Positions 21,032 to 33,438 of a stretch of DNA of 64,000 bases are shown piece by piece. The notes under the pieces were generated by a model that was not told the origin of the DNA, made no database searches, and saw nothing but the letters and a program-made list of their open reading frames with translations. The stretch covers positions 151,350 to 215,349 of the forward strand of contig CAVYGD010000002.1 of NCBI GenBank assembly GCA_963768005.1. The letters are read 5' to 3'. Source of the stretch: an uncultured bacterium. GTDB lineage: Bacteria > Actinomycetota > Thermoleophilia > Solirubrobacterales > Solirubrobacteraceae. The stretch's first letter is position 1. Each line of letters begins with the position of its first letter. Both the position numbers and the translations under genes were made by a program.

Positions 21032-22332
21032 CGGGATGCGATTGCGGGCTCGCGCGCCGGTGGCAGGGTGCGTTCGCGAGCGTCGCCGACGGGCAGCTCG
21101 AACACGAACGTCGCGCCCTGGCCGGGAAGCGACTGCACGCGCAGGCTGCCTCCGTTGGCCTCGACGAAGCCGCGCGCGATCGCGAGCCCGAGCCCCGAGC
21201 CGCTGTGGTCCCGCGCCGCACCCTGCGCGCGGTAGAAGGGCTCGAAGACGCGCTCGACCTCGGCGAGCGGGATACCCGGCCCGCGGTCGACGACGCGCAC
21301 GATCACGCGCGCGCCGGCCTCCTCTGCGCCGCCGGCGGCGCGCGCCCGGACAGCCACCGCTTCGCCGTCTGAATGCCGCGCGGCGTTCTCGAGCACATTC
21401 ACGAACGCTCGCTCGAGCTGCGCAGCGTCCGCGCGTACGAGCGGCAGCTCGTCGCCGAGCGCGAGCTTGAAGTCCTGGTCGCGGGGCGCAAGCTCGGCGA
21501 GCGCCGCGCGGATCACCTCCTCGATCGACGTCCATTCGAGCCGCGGCTGCGCAGCGCCGGCCTCCAAGCGCGAGAGGTCGAGGAGGTTCTGGACGAGTCG
21601 CGCGAGGCGCTGGGTCTCGTCGATGATCACGCTCGCAAGCTCGCTGCGCTCATGCTCCGAGAGCCCTTCGAGCGCGACCGCCTCGCCCGCCGTCGAGATC
21701 GCCGTCAGCGGGCGAGCGCAGGTCGTGCGAAACCGCGCGCAGCACCGCGGTCTTGACGGCGTCGGCGCGGCGCAGGGCCGCCGTCTCGACGACCTCCCCC
21801 TGGAGGCCTTCGCGCTCGAGCGCCGCGCTGAGGAGCGCCTCGAGCGCCGGCACGACGCGATCCTGGAGCCGTCGCAGCTGCGTGGCGCCGGCCGCCGCGG
21901 GCACGAGCAGCGTGCCCAGCCGACGCGAGCCCTCGCGCAGCACGAAGGCGACCTGGCGCTCATCGCCGTCGACCGCGTCGAGGCGGATCTCCGCGAAGCC
22001 GGCAGCCCGAGCTGCTGGGAAACGCGAGCCGAGGCGACTGGCAGCGATTCCTCAAGGCTGCCGCCGCGCAGGAGCAGTCGCGCCATCTCGACAGCGAGGT
22101 CCGCCTCGCCTCGACGTTCGGCGGCTTCACGCGCGCGTGCGCGCGTCATTGCCGCAGCGGCGCCTGCGAGCACGGCGGCGGCAAGAAAGGCCACGATCGC
22201 GACCGTCTTGCTCGAGCCGGCGATCGCGTAGACGATCACGACGAACAGCGCGATGCCGGCAGCGCCGCTGAGCACCGCGAGCCGGCGGGTGGCCGGCCGC
22301 GCGGGCTTCAGAAAGCGAGCGAGCTGCTGCAC
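21028..22332 (-). CDS. Membrane histidine kinase (KdpD C-terminal half), frameshifted
   Basis: Two TM helices, AVSHDLRSP H-box, NVLENA, DRGPGI, GSGLGLAIARG; ATGA overlap with kdpE; start approximate. Confidence 0.88.
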   Translation of the reverse strand: MQQLARFLKPARPATRRLAVLSGAAGIALFVVIVYAIAGSSKTVAIVAFLAAAVLAGAAAAMTRARAREAAERRGEADLAVEMARLLLRGGSLEESLPVASARVSQQLGLPASRRSASTRSTAMSARSPSCCARARVGWARCSCPRRPAPRSCDGSRIASCRRSRRSSARRSSAKASRGRSSRRRPCAAPTPSRPRCCARFRTTCARPLTAISTAGEAVALEGLSEHERSELASVIIDETQRLARLVQNLLDLSRLEAGAAQPRLEWTSIEEVIRAALAELAPRDQDFKLALGDELPLVRADAAQLERAFVNVLENAARHSDGEAVAVRARAAGGAEEAGARVIVRVVDRGPGIPLAEVERVFEPFYRAQGAARDHSGSGLGLAIARGFVEANGGSLRVQSLPGQGATFVFELPVGDARERTLPPAREPAIASR

Positions 22333-22355
22333 CGACAGTCTGACGAGCCTCCTGC

Positions 22356-23127
22356 TCAGGCCGCGGGGAGCGGCCGCGAATGGGCCGAAGCCACTCCGGG
22401 AGGAAGGCAAGCGCGGGATCGGACCCGGGTAGTCGGGGAAGAGCTGCTGCGCTGCTTCGACCACACGGCCGCGCGGCGATGTAGTCGTGGAGGTCTTCCA
22501 TCGCCGCGAGCAGGCTCACGCTCGCGAGAATCTGCAGCGTCGCCGCGTTCGGTGGGTCTGTAGTGAGCGTTCCGTCCTGCAGCAGGGCGTCGACGCGGTC
22601 GAGCGCCTGCGGGGAGCGCCTCGAGGTCTGCGCGCACCCCCGCTTCGTCGCCGCGGCGCCCGTCGGGCTCGGGCATGTACTTCATCGCGAGCGCGGCAGG
22701 CGCGCTCAGCAACGGCCGCGACGCCCGCCGCGGGCCACGAGCGCTCTTCGGCGAGCCACCGCCGCGGCTCGAGCGCCGGGCGAAGCCGAAGCGGGCGATT
22801 CGCCGCGCCATCGATTGCAGGTCGCGCTCGCCCCAGCGCTCGGCCTCTTCGACGCGCGCGCGAAGCTCAGGGATCGGCGGGAAAGAGGGGCGGCTCGGGC
22901 TGTAGCTCGTCGAGCGCGCGGGCGATCTCGCGCGAGTTCTGAATGCGGCGAGCGTCGAGCTTGAGCGCGGCGAGCGTGCCGCCACGAAAGCCGACGATGC
23001 GCGTGTGGAACTGCTGGCTCGCGGGTATTACATCAACGAGCTCGTAGTCGAAGCCCTTCATGTCGAGCATCTTGCGCACCGCCTGCGACGGGTGCGAGAG
23101 CGGCGTCCAGTACAGCTTTGCCGGCAC
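22356..23127 (-). CDS. Glutathione S-transferase-like protein, frameshifted
   Basis: SHPSQAVRKML..KG..Y, IQNSREIARALD, continuing in another frame as RARVEEAERWG. Confidence 0.75.
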
Positions 23128-23214
23128 GTCGCCACTGTACTGCGGCTCGTGCCAGCGCACACCGGCCCGCGAAGGCTGCGCAGCTCACAGGCCGAACACG
23201 AGTAGCCTGCTCGC

Positions 23215-23550
23215 GTGCACGTCGAGCTGCTCTTCTGGGAGGGCTGCCCCTCGCACCCGCAAGCGCTCGCCGACGCTGCGCGAGCAGATGGGGCGCTGGG
23301 TCTCGACCCCGCGAGCGTTGACGTGCGCGAGATCGAAGCGACGAGCAGGCCGCGGAGGAGAATTTCGTTGGGCTCGCCGACGATTCGCATCGATGGCGTC
23401 GACATCGTCGATCCCGGCGACGGAGCCTCCCGCGCTCACGTGCCGCGTCTACCAGCGCCGCGACGGGCGCATATCCCCCACCCCGGACCCCGCCGACGTG
23501 CGCGACGCGCTGCAGGCGGCGAACGCAACAGCACCGAAAGGAGCTCCTGA
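23215..23550 (+). CDS. Small thioredoxin-like protein, frameshifted
   Basis: VELLFWEGCPS, GSPTIRIDGVD, LTCRVY. Confidence 0.75.
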   Translation: MHVELLFWEGCPSHPQALADAARADGALGLDPASVDVREIEATSRPRRRISLGSPTIRIDGVDIVDPGDGASRAHVPRLPAPRRAHIPHPGPRRRARRAAGGERNSTERSS

Positions 23551-23551
23551 G

Positions 23552-24102
23552 ATGGCCGTCATCAAGGACGCCGTACCCGCCGTTGGGCACGCAGGCACCC
23601 GCCTTCTCCCTCCCCGACACCGACGGGACGTGGTCCACGCGCTTGGCGCATGCGCCGGCCACCGTCGTCGTCTTCACGTGCAACCACTGCCCGTACGCGC
23701 TCGGCTGGCACGAGCGCATCATCTCCGTCGCACGCGACTATGCGCCGCGGGGAGTGCAGATGCTCGCGATCAACTCGAACGATGCGACGCGCTACGCGGG
23801 CGACTCGCTCGAGGCGATGCGCGAGCGCGTGCGCGACGGGGAGTTCGATGGCGTGCCCTACCTGCGCGACGAGTCGCAGGAGGTCGCGCGCGCCATATGA
23901 CGCGAAGACGACGCCGGACATCTTCGTGATCGACGCAGAGGGAGTGATCCGCTACCGCGGCGCGCCCGACTCGGACCTCGAAGACGCCTCTCAGGACGCC
24001 GCATGGTTGCGCGGGGCGCTCGATGCGGTGCTCGCCGGTCGCGACCCCGACCCGGCGGAAACGCCGCCCGTGGGCTGCACCATCAAATGGCGCGAGACCT
24101 GA
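23552..24102 (+). CDS. AhpC/TSA-type thioredoxin family protein, frameshifted
   Basis: [34 protein letters not shown]; AAGGAG RBS. Confidence 0.88.
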
Positions 24103-25129
24103 GCGCGTCGGCTCACGCGGCTCGCTGCGTGCATCGCGGTGCTCGGGCCACTTGCAGGCGGCCGCGTCCACGGCGCGACGCGGCGCTACCTCGCTCAAGT
24201 CCGCCGCGCGCGCTCGTCGACGTCTCCGTGGCGACGCTGTGGATGCAGCCGGATAAGACGCGGCAGCTCGACAAGCCCGCGCTCGCGAATCCGGTGCGCC
24301 TCAACGCGTGGCTTCGGCGCGATGGGCACCGAACAGCGCCTGTGGCTCGTTGGGCGACTCGTGACGCAGGCGCTCTACGACCAGGAAGTCGTGATCCGCG
24401 GCCAGCGCGGCGGGTGGGACGAGGTGTCGCTCACCGACCAGCCGACGCCGAACCACCTAAGCTACCCGGGCTGGCTGCCCGCACGCCAGCTCGTCCCGGC
24501 GCCCGCCGCCGGCGACGCGTCGAGCGCGGCGGCGCCGTGGCGCTGGTGAATAGACCGACAGCACCGCTGCTGGCACGCACCGCGCAGCGGCGGCGCTGGC
24601 GCGCCGCTCATGCACCTCAGCTTCAACACGCGGCTGCCGTACCTCGGCGAAGCGGGCGCGTTCGCGCTCGTGCAGACGCCCGCCGGCGCGCCGGCGCCTG
24701 ATCGCGCGCTCGGCCGTAGCCATGAGCGTGCCCGGCAGCCCTACGCCTGCGCCCAGCGGGCAGCAGCTCGTGGCGACCGCGGAGCAGTTCCTCGGCGTTC
24801 GCTACCTCTGGGCGGGCACGTCGGCGTTCGGGTTCGACTGCTCGGGGCTCACCTACACCGTCTACGACGCATACGGGATCGATCTCCCGCGGACCGCTGC
24901 GCTGCAGGCACTGGCAGGGCGCTCGGTGTCGCGGCGCTCGCTGCAGCCCGGCGACCTCGTGTTCTTCGCGACGGACCCGCCGTCACGCGAAATAACCCAC
25001 GTCGCGATGTACGTCGGCGACGGCGAGATCATCGAGTCGCCGAACTCCGCGGGCTCCGTGCGCATCATCCCGCTCGCCGACCGCGCAAGCGAGTACGTCA
25101 CCGCGCGACGCTACCTGCCGCCGAGATGA
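24103..25129 (+). CDS. NlpC/P60 (C40) peptidase, YkfC-like, frameshifted
   Basis: VSVATLW, TQALY, YPGWLP N-terminal region; YLWAG...[21 protein letters not shown]; start approximate. Confidence 0.85.
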
Positions 25130-25145
25130 GGGGCGGGGCCTCCTA

Positions 25146-25472
25146 CTACTCGGAGGCGCTAGGGGCGGAAGCGGTCGCCGAAGGGCTGTGCTCGCGGGCC
25201 CAGCTCACGATCGCGCCCGAGCCCACGACCGTCGAGCCGTCGTCGAGCACGAGGATCGGCACGGCGCGCTGGCCGCTGAGCTGCTCGATCTCGGCGCGGT
25301 CGCGCGCCCTGCTCGGCCAGGTCCAGAACTTCAGCGTGCCGCCCTTGACCCGCTTGCACTCGTAGCTGTGGCCAGTCTCGTCGAGCGCCTTCGCAGCCTT
25401 CCCGCAGGGGTGCGCGAGCGGCCCCGGAAGACCTCCGAACGACTTGCCGTCGGTGCATGTGTAGAGGACCAC
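25146..25472 (-). CDS. Glutaredoxin/GST N-terminal domain protein
   Basis: HPCGKA, LSGQRAVPILVLDDG, GSGAIV. Confidence 0.8.
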   Translation of the reverse strand: MVLYTCTDGKSFGGLPGPLAHPCGKAAKALDETGHSYECKRVKGGTLKFWTWPSRARDRAEIEQLSGQRAVPILVLDDGSTVVGSGAIVSWAREHSPSATASAPSASE

Positions 25473-25514
25473 GGGTTTACTGTAGTTACGGCGGTCCGCG
25501 GCGTCGGAGCGGCG

Positions 25515-26435
<921 letters not shown>

Positions 26436-26523
26436 AAGCTCGACAGCCGTCGAGGCTAGCAGAGGCTCATTCGGAACGAGAGCGGCCACCGCCGAGGCTG
26501 CGATACTCTCGCGCTCCACGAGC

Positions 26524-26608
26524 GCCGATGTGGCGGAATTGGTAGACGCCCACGGTACAGGCCGTGTAGAAGGTAACTTAGCTGGAGGTTCGAGTCCTCT
26601 CATCCGCA
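26524..26608 (+). tRNA. tRNA-Leu(CAG)-like gene with irregularities (sequence error or pseudogene)
   Basis: GTGGCGGAATTGGTAGACGC D-arm, long variable arm, GGTTCGAGTCC; 6-nt anticodon loop TACAGG and C3:C70 mismatch. Confidence 0.75.
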
Positions 26609-26655
26609 TCGCGGGGCCGGTGGGGCGCGATTCGCCAGTTCCGGCCCGTCGCACA

Positions 26656-26695
26656 CAACAAAACGGCCGCCGGTTCGCCGGCGGCCGTTTTGTTG
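26656..26695. terminator. Bidirectional intrinsic terminator
   Basis: Perfect inverted repeat CAACAAAACGGCCGCCGG-TTCG-CCGGCGGCCGTTTTGTTG between convergent genes. Confidence 0.88.
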
Positions 26696-26727
26696 CCTAC
26701 TGAGTCTCTTGCCGCGTAAGTCTTTGG

Positions 26728-27241
26728 TCAGCGGTGCGCGCGGCGGCGCTGCGCGACGAGCAGCGACACGCCGATCCCGATCAGCACCAGTCCCCCACCG
26801 ATCACCCAAGCGAGGTTCAGGCCCGTGAACGGAAGCGTGCTCGCGGTCGTCGCCGAGTCGTCGTCGACTCCGTGCTCGCCGGGCTGACTTCGCTCTTCGG
26901 CGTCGTCGTCGCGTGTGTTCCGGCTTCGATTTGCTTTCCGGCTTCGAGCCGCTCGCCGGCGTCACGCCGGGGCTCGCGGTCTCCGTCGTCACCGTCGAGG
27001 ACGAGACGGTGCTGTGCGTCGATGAGGAAGTCGACACCGTCGGGGTTTCGCTGTAGCCGGCCAGCGAAGACGTCGAGGTCGTCTGCGCACCTGCCGCCGC
27101 AGGCAGCGCGAGCAGCGCCATGGCCGTCAGGAGGCCCAGAACGACTCCTGGCGTGCGACGGCCGCTGCGCTTCGCGCCAAGCGACGTGCTCGTGATCGTC
27201 TTCCCTGACCTCACCACTGCCAGAGCGTTCATTGAAGTCAT
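26728..27241 (-). CDS. Small Ser/Thr-rich surface protein with LPFTG sorting signal, frameshifted
   Basis: Signal peptide ending AAAGAQ; C-terminus STLPFTG-LNLAWVIGGGLVLIGIGVSLLVAQ-RRRAHR*. Confidence 0.8.
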
Positions 27242-27342
27242 GCCTTGAAAACCTCCCACTGTCCGTGGTATCGTGGCTGAGGGTTTGCAAATGATCCCCG
27301 TGTGAACGGGACTATACCTGTCCTTGCGGACGAATACCCGCC

Positions 27343-27370
27343 TTATCGGCCCTGAAATCGGGGACTTTAG
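27343..27370 (-). promoter_or_regulatory. sigma28 (FliA/WhiG) promoter, exact consensus
   Basis: CTAAA-N15-GCCGATAA about 100 nt upstream of the LPFTG gene. Confidence 0.85.
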
Positions 27371-28239
27371 CCCTGCACGATCGACCCGCGCGGAGGCGTG
27401 TCCTTGATCGCCGCCTGCATGCAATTGCGCGAGCAGCTGCGGTAGACGGTTCGGAAGCCGAGGAGCTGCGGAACCGTCACGAATCGATAGCCCCGCGCGC
27501 GCAGGCGGCGGATGATCTGCGGGTACGCCGCGAGCGTCTCGCTGCCGCGGGCCGCCGCCGTCGTGCGAGATGATGATCGACCCTGCGGTCGCCTGCGCGA
27601 GGACGCGCTGTTCGATCGCTGCCACGCCCGGCAACGCGTAGTCGCTCGGATCGACGTCCCAGAGGATCGTCGCGAGCCCAAGCGAGCGCGCGACGCGCAC
27701 GACCGTCGCATCGTAATCGCCGTAGGGGGGCCGAAAGACGCACGGCGAGTAGCCGCTTTCGCGCTTGATCACTTCGCGCGTGCTCGCGAGCTCGCCGCGC
27801 ACCGCGGAGTCGAGAGGGCGTCGAGGTCGGGGTGCGTCCACGTGTGATCGCCGAGCGCATCGCCGTCGCGCAACTCTTCGCGCAGCGTCCCGCGGTAGCT
27901 CGGGTTGACCTGGTCGGCCGATCATGAAGAACGTCGCGACGGCGCCGTTCGCGCGGAGCATCCGCACGAAGTCCTGCGTGAGCGGATAGGGGCCGTCGTC
28001 GAAGCTCAACGCGACCTCCTTGCGCGGGGGGCCGCTCGCGGTATGCGATCTGCGGGCCGTGCACGACGCAGCCGACGGCGCGGTAGCGCACGCGGGCTTC
28101 GCTCGGGTTCGGCTGCGCATCCGAGCTCGCGAGCGCGGGCGCCGCGGGGCTCGCGACCGCGACGCAGCGTGAGCGCGTCAGCGCGGCCGCGGACCAGCAG
28201 CCGCCGCGGATGCGGGGCGCGATTCGCGCGTCGGCTCAC
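27367..28239 (-). CDS. Polysaccharide deacetylase (NodB/CE4), frameshifted
   Basis: ALSFDDGP, ATFFMIG, FRPPYG, LWDVDPSD, IIISHDGGG. Confidence 0.9.
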
Positions 28240-29939
28240 GCGGCGCCCGCGGGCGCGGACTCGACCTCGGGGCGCCTCCGCGCTCGGCCGCTCAACGATC
28301 GTGCGTCCTTCGAGCTCGTCGTTCTCGAGGCGCTTGCGCAGGACTCTTCTTGTCGAACTTCCCCACGCTCGTCTTCGGCACCTCCTCGATGAACGCGAAC
28401 TCGTCCGGCAGCCACCACCGCGCGACGCGGTCGCTCAGGTGCTCGACGAGATCGCGTCGCGAGCGCATCCGAGCCGCGCTCCTCGAGGACGCCCTCGCGC
28501 AGACCACGCAGCACAGCGGGCGCTCCGCCCAGCGCTCGTCGGGCTTCGCGATCACGGCTGCCTCGATCACGTCGTCGTGGGCCATGATCTCGTTCTCGAG
28601 CTCCACCGAGGAGATCCACTCGCCGCCCGACTTGATCACGTCCTTCGCGCGGTCCGTGATCTGCACGAAGCCGTGCTCGTCGACCGCCGCGATATCGCCG
28701 GTGCGCAGCCAACCGCGGTCGAATTTCTCCTCATCGTCTTCCTTGTAGTAGCGCGCCGCCACCCACGGGCCGCGGACCTCGATCTCGCCCGTGCTCTCGC
28801 CGTCGTTCGCCACGATCTCGCCGTCGTCGTCGACGATCCGCAGCTCCACCCACGGCAGCGGTTGGCCCTGCTTCGCGCGCGTCACCCAGTACTCGTCGTC
28901 GTGCGGTCCGCCCTCCGCGGGCCGCGAGTAGGTCGCGACGGGACTCGTCTCGGTCATGCCCCAGCCCTGGAAGATCCGCACGCCGTGGCGCGTCTCGAAG
29001 CCCTCGATCAACGCTGGCGCGGCACCGCCGAGCCGCCGCAGCCCGCGTTCTTCAGCGAGCAGAGGTCGACGTCGTGGGTGTCCGCGTAGCGCAGGAGGTC
29101 GAGGAAGATCGTTGGCACGCAGCACATGATCGTCGCGCGCTCCTTTCGATCAGCTTCGCCAACGGCTCCGCCTGCAGGAAGCGGTCGGGAATGATCAGGT
29201 CCGCGCCCGTCAGCGCCGCCGCGTGCGGGATGCCCCACGCGTTCGCATGGAACATCGGCACGATCACGAGCGCGCGGTCGTCGTGACCCACGACCGAGCG
29301 CATCCGCCATCAGCGTCGCCGAGGAGTGCAGGCTGATCGAGCGGTGTGAGTACAGGACGCCCTTCGGGTTGCCCGTCGTCCCGCTCGTGTAGCACAAAGC
29401 CGCCGCCTGGCGCTCGTCGAGCTCGGGTACTCGAATATGCCATCGCCGGCCTCGGCGAGGAGCTCCTCGTAGCTCAGCGCGCCCGGGAGCTTCTGCATCG
29501 CCTCTTCGAGCGACTCCCCCTCGCCCATCACGACGTACTGACGCGGCGAGCGCATGTGCGGCGCGAGCGGCGCGAGCAGCGCCGCGAGCGAGTCGTCCAC
29601 GAAGATCGACGCCGTCTTCGGCGTGGTCGACGATATACGTGAGCTGGTCGGCGGGCAGCCTGTATGTTGAACGTGTGCAGAACGGCGCCGACGCGACGGG
29701 ACCGCCATGTAGAGCTCGAAGTGGCGCTGGTTGTTCCACGCGAACGTCCCACGCGGTCGCCCTGCTGCACGCCCAAGCGCTCGAGCACCCGCGCCAAGCG
29801 GTCCACGCGCGCTAGCGATCTCGCCGAAGGTTGCGCGCATCGAGCCTGCGGGCGTCAGCGAGACGACCTCCGCGTCCGCGTACGGCGAGCGCATCCGCCG
29901 CAGCATGTGCTGCACCGTGAGCTGAAAGTCGTCCTGCAT
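28236..29939 (-). CDS. Fatty-acid--CoA ligase (AlkK-like), multiple frameshifts
   Basis: YTSGTTGNPKG, PMFHANAWG, WGMTETSP, RTGD, IKSGGEWISS, PKTSVGKFDKK. Confidence 0.92.
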
Positions 29940-30006
29940 TAGACCCGTGAGCACTAGCAACTCCCTTCGCGGCTCGTCTCCCGTGCGAGCCTGTTTCCTA
30001 CTCACA

Positions 30007-31208
30007 TTAGTGCGCTTTGCGGCTGCGGACGCGCCGCTCCGGGAGGAGCTCCGCGTAGAGCGCGAGCGTCTGGCGCGCGACGTCGCTCCAGTCGAAGCGC
30101 AACACGTGCTCGGACGCCTCGATCACGAGCCGATCGCGCAGCGGCTCGTCGGTGAGCAAGCGATCGATCATCACGCCAAGGTGGTCGGCGTCGCCCCCGT
30201 TGAAGCGCAACCCCACGCGCTCTCCCGATGGCACCACCTCGCGTAAGCCGCCCGTGTCCGCGACGATGCACGGGCACCCCGACGCCATCGCCTCGAGCGC
30301 GACGAGACCGAACGGCTCGTAGATCGAGGGGACGACGCAGAAGTCTGCGATGCGGTAGAGCGAATGCAGCACGTCGTCGCCGATCCAGCCGAGGAACATG
30401 CCGTGATCCATGAGGCCGAGGCCCTCCGCCTGCGCCTTGAGCTCATCCTCGTGCGTGCCCGAGCCCGCAACGAGGAAGCGCACCCCATCCAAGCGCTTCA
30501 CGATCGGCGCGAGCGCCTCGAGCGCGAGCTGGAAGCCCTTCTCGTAGACGAGGCGGCCGACGAGCAGCACGAGCTTCTCCTCCGGCGCCGCAAAGCCCGC
30601 GCGCAGTGCGCTCAAGTCCTCGACGAGGCGCACGTCCATCGGGTCGATCCCGTTCGGTATCACCGCGATCCGACCCTCTTGCAAGCCGAACACGTCCGCG
30701 ACGTGGCCGCGCATGTAGTGCGAGCACGCGATCACGCGGTCCGCCCTGTGCACGATCCGCCGCTCGATGCCGTGGATCCAGCTCTGCGGGTGATCCTCCA
30801 CCCATCCCTGATGGCGCCCGTACTCGGTCGCATGGATCGTCATCACGAGCGGGCAGCGGAAGCGATCCGCGAGGTGCTCACCCGCGCCCGCCACGAGCCA
30901 GTCGTGACCCGCGATCAAATCGGGCTCGAAGCGGTCGCCGAGCTCGATCCCGGCAGCGAGCATGTCCGCGTTCATGTGCTCCACCCACGCGACGAACTCG
31001 TTCAGCTCGCGCGGACGCGGCGCCTCGCAAACGCGGTGGACGACGACGCCGCGCTGCGCTTCCTCGAGCGGCAGCCTCCATCGCCGCGCGTCAGCACGTG
31101 CACCTCCGCGCCCAACGCCACGAGCGCCTCCGAGAGCTTGCGCACGTGCCGCGCGAGCCCGCCCTCCACGACCGGCGGGTACTCCCAGGAGAGGATGAGG
31201 ACGCGCAT
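30007..31208 (-). CDS. Glycosyltransferase family 4, frameshifted near the N-terminus
   Basis: LSWEYPP..EGGLARHV, HDWLV, GRLVYEKG, EPFGLVALEAMA. Confidence 0.92.
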
Positions 31209-31291
31209 CCGCCCGGAGCCTACAGCCCCCGGGGCGTGATGCCCCGGGCAAAAGAACGCCCGCGCCCGCGAGCGCGTGCCCGGACGCGGCC

Positions 31292-32175
31292 CTACAAAGT
31301 CGTCTGCGCGAGATCGCGCTTTCGCGTGCCCGCGTGCGCGGCGCCCGCCTGCTGCTGCCCCGGCATCGGCTCCTCGCTCGGCGCAGGTCGGCGCTGCGTG
31401 TAGAGAAACCACGCGACGCCCACGATGAACAGCGTCAACGCAACCCAGAAGTTCAAGCGCATGCCAAGGATGTGGTGCGCGGGATCGATGCGCAGCAGCT
31501 CCTCGCCAATGCGCGCGAACGAGTAGCCCGCGACGTACAGCGCGAACAGCCCCGGCGGCTTGATGCGGCGATGATTCCCGAGCCACACGAGCGCCGCCGC
31601 GAGCCCCAAGTTCCAGATGATCTCGTAGAGGAACGTCGGCTGGAAGGTCGCGTACTGCTGGTACTTGAGCAGGATGTTCGTCCTGTGCGGAGCGCTGATT
31701 TCGACCGCCCACGGGAGCTTGCTCGGTAGGCCGTAGAGTTCCTGGTTGAAGTAGTTGCCGATGCGACCGAACGACTGCGCCACGAGCAGCCCGGCGCCGC
31801 CGCGTCCATGAACATCGGCACGTTCGCGTGATGGCGACGCAAGCGCCAAATGCCCACGACCGTCCCGCACGCGATGCCCCCCCAGATGCCGAGCCCGCCC
31901 TTCCAAACGGCGAACGGCCCCCACCAGTGCGGCGGGACTTCGTTCCAGCTCGTCGCGAGGAAGTACAGGCGCCCGCCGATCAGCCCCGCCGGGAACCCCC
32001 ACAGCGCGACGTCGTAGACGATCTCGCGCGTGCCTCCCTTGCGCTCCCAGCGGTGCGTCGTCACGATCACCGCGGCCGTCACGGCGAGGACGTACATCAG
32101 TCCGTACATGTGCACGAACAACGGCCCGATGTGAAAGCCGTTGAAGCTCGGGCTGGGCAAGTAGGCCAAGGACAT
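31292..32175 (-). CDS. lgt: Prolipoprotein diacylglyceryl transferase, one frameshift
   Basis: YGLM, GGRLY, WKGGLGIWGG, GRIGNYFNQELYG, QPTFLYE. Confidence 0.93.
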
Positions 32176-32365
32176 CGGGGCACCCGGAGCCTACCGGCCT
32201 CCCAAGCGCCCGCGCGCGGGTGGGCGCCGCCGCGCGCGAGCATCGTTGCAGCAGCGCAACCCTGCTGCGACCGAGACGTTGGAGCAGCAGATAGCCTGCC
32301 CGGACGCTCGCGCCCCGCTCGTCCTGCGGCCGGCGCTCCAGACCACGACGCGAAAGGCAAACGCC

Positions 32366-33421
32366 ATGAGACAGCAACGCCCCAGCGCACCACGCGGCGC
32401 TCGCAAGCTCGCCGCGGCGCTCGCCCTCGCCGCCGTGCTAGCGGTGCCCGCGACCCTCGTCGCGCTCCCCGTCGCGGCCTCCGGCCGCGGCGCCTCCACC
32501 CGTGCGCGCCAATCCTCCGCCAAGCGCGCCGGCGCGTCTGTCATCACCGGCATCGGCGACGAGCACACGGCGATGTTCTACTCGCGCTACTGGAAGCAAC
32601 TCCACATCGGCATCACGCGCTACATCACTCCCTACGATGTCGTCGCGCATCGCCGCGAGCTCAACGAAGCGAAGGCCTGGATCCAGACCGCGTCGGCCGC
32701 CCACCAGCAGATCCTCGTCGCCTTCTACCACTCCGAGCAAACGCCGATGAAGATGCCCTCGTCCGGGCTCTACAAGCAGGACGTCTCGAAGTTCCTGAAG
32801 GACTTCCCGCAAGTCCACCAGTATCAGCCTTGGAACGAGGCCAACCGCGGCTACATCCCGCACATGCTGCAAAGCCCCAACCCCATGCAATCGGCGCTCT
32901 ACTACCGCGAATTGCGCTCCGTCGCGCACCACGACACCGTTCTCGGCCTCGACATCCTCGACAGCTTCGACATCGGGCCCACGCTCACATACGTCAACCA
33001 GTTCAAGTCCAACGTCGGCAAGCTCAAGCTGCCGATGCCGAGCCTCTGGGGCTTCCACAACTACTCCGACACGAACCGCTTCCAAGCGACGCGCACGAAG
33101 GCGATCCTCGGCGACGTCCCCGGCGAACTCTGGCTCACCGAGACCGGCGGCGTCGTGCAGTACGGCACCGACTTCACAAACAAGCACGGCGCCGGCCTGA
33201 CCCGCGCCGCGCACGCGCTCGAATACATGTTCAAACTCGCCTACACGAGCCCGCGCATCAAGCGCCTTTACATCTACGACTGGACAGGCGCAGGGCCGCA
33301 CGCGCGCTTCGACGCCGGGCTGATGGACGCGCGTGGGCGCCCGCGCAAGGGCTACGTCGTCGTCTGCGACCACATTCTGCACAACAGCAAGAAGTGCCGC
33401 GTGCGCACGTACAACGACTGA
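32366..33421 (+). CDS. Secreted clan GH-A-like glycoside hydrolase
   Basis: Signal peptide; WNEAN acid/base, GFHNY, LWLTETG nucleophile, YIYDW. Confidence 0.78.
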   Translation: MRQQRPSAPRGARKLAAALALAAVLAVPATLVALPVAASGRGASTRARQSSAKRAGASVITGIGDEHTAMFYSRYWKQLHIGITRYITPYDVVAHRRELNEAKAWIQTASAAHQQILVAFYHSEQTPMKMPSSGLYKQDVSKFLKDFPQVHQYQPWNEANRGYIPHMLQSPNPMQSALYYRELRSVAHHDTVLGLDILDSFDIGPTLTYVNQFKSNVGKLKLPMPSLWGFHNYSDTNRFQATRTKAILGDVPGELWLTETGGVVQYGTDFTNKHGAGLTRAAHALEYMFKLAYTSPRIKRLYIYDWTGAGPHARFDAGLMDARGRPRKGYVVVCDHILHNSKKCRVRTYND

Positions 33422-33438
33422 GAGGGGGGCGCGAGCGC

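Noticed and set aside
22860-22875. TGA in the GST-like gene as selenocysteine
   Set aside because: Homology continues in a different frame, so this is an indel rather than read-through
23215-23550. Selenoprotein call for the small thioredoxin-like ORF
   Set aside because: Both redox positions are TGC (Cys); no in-frame TGA
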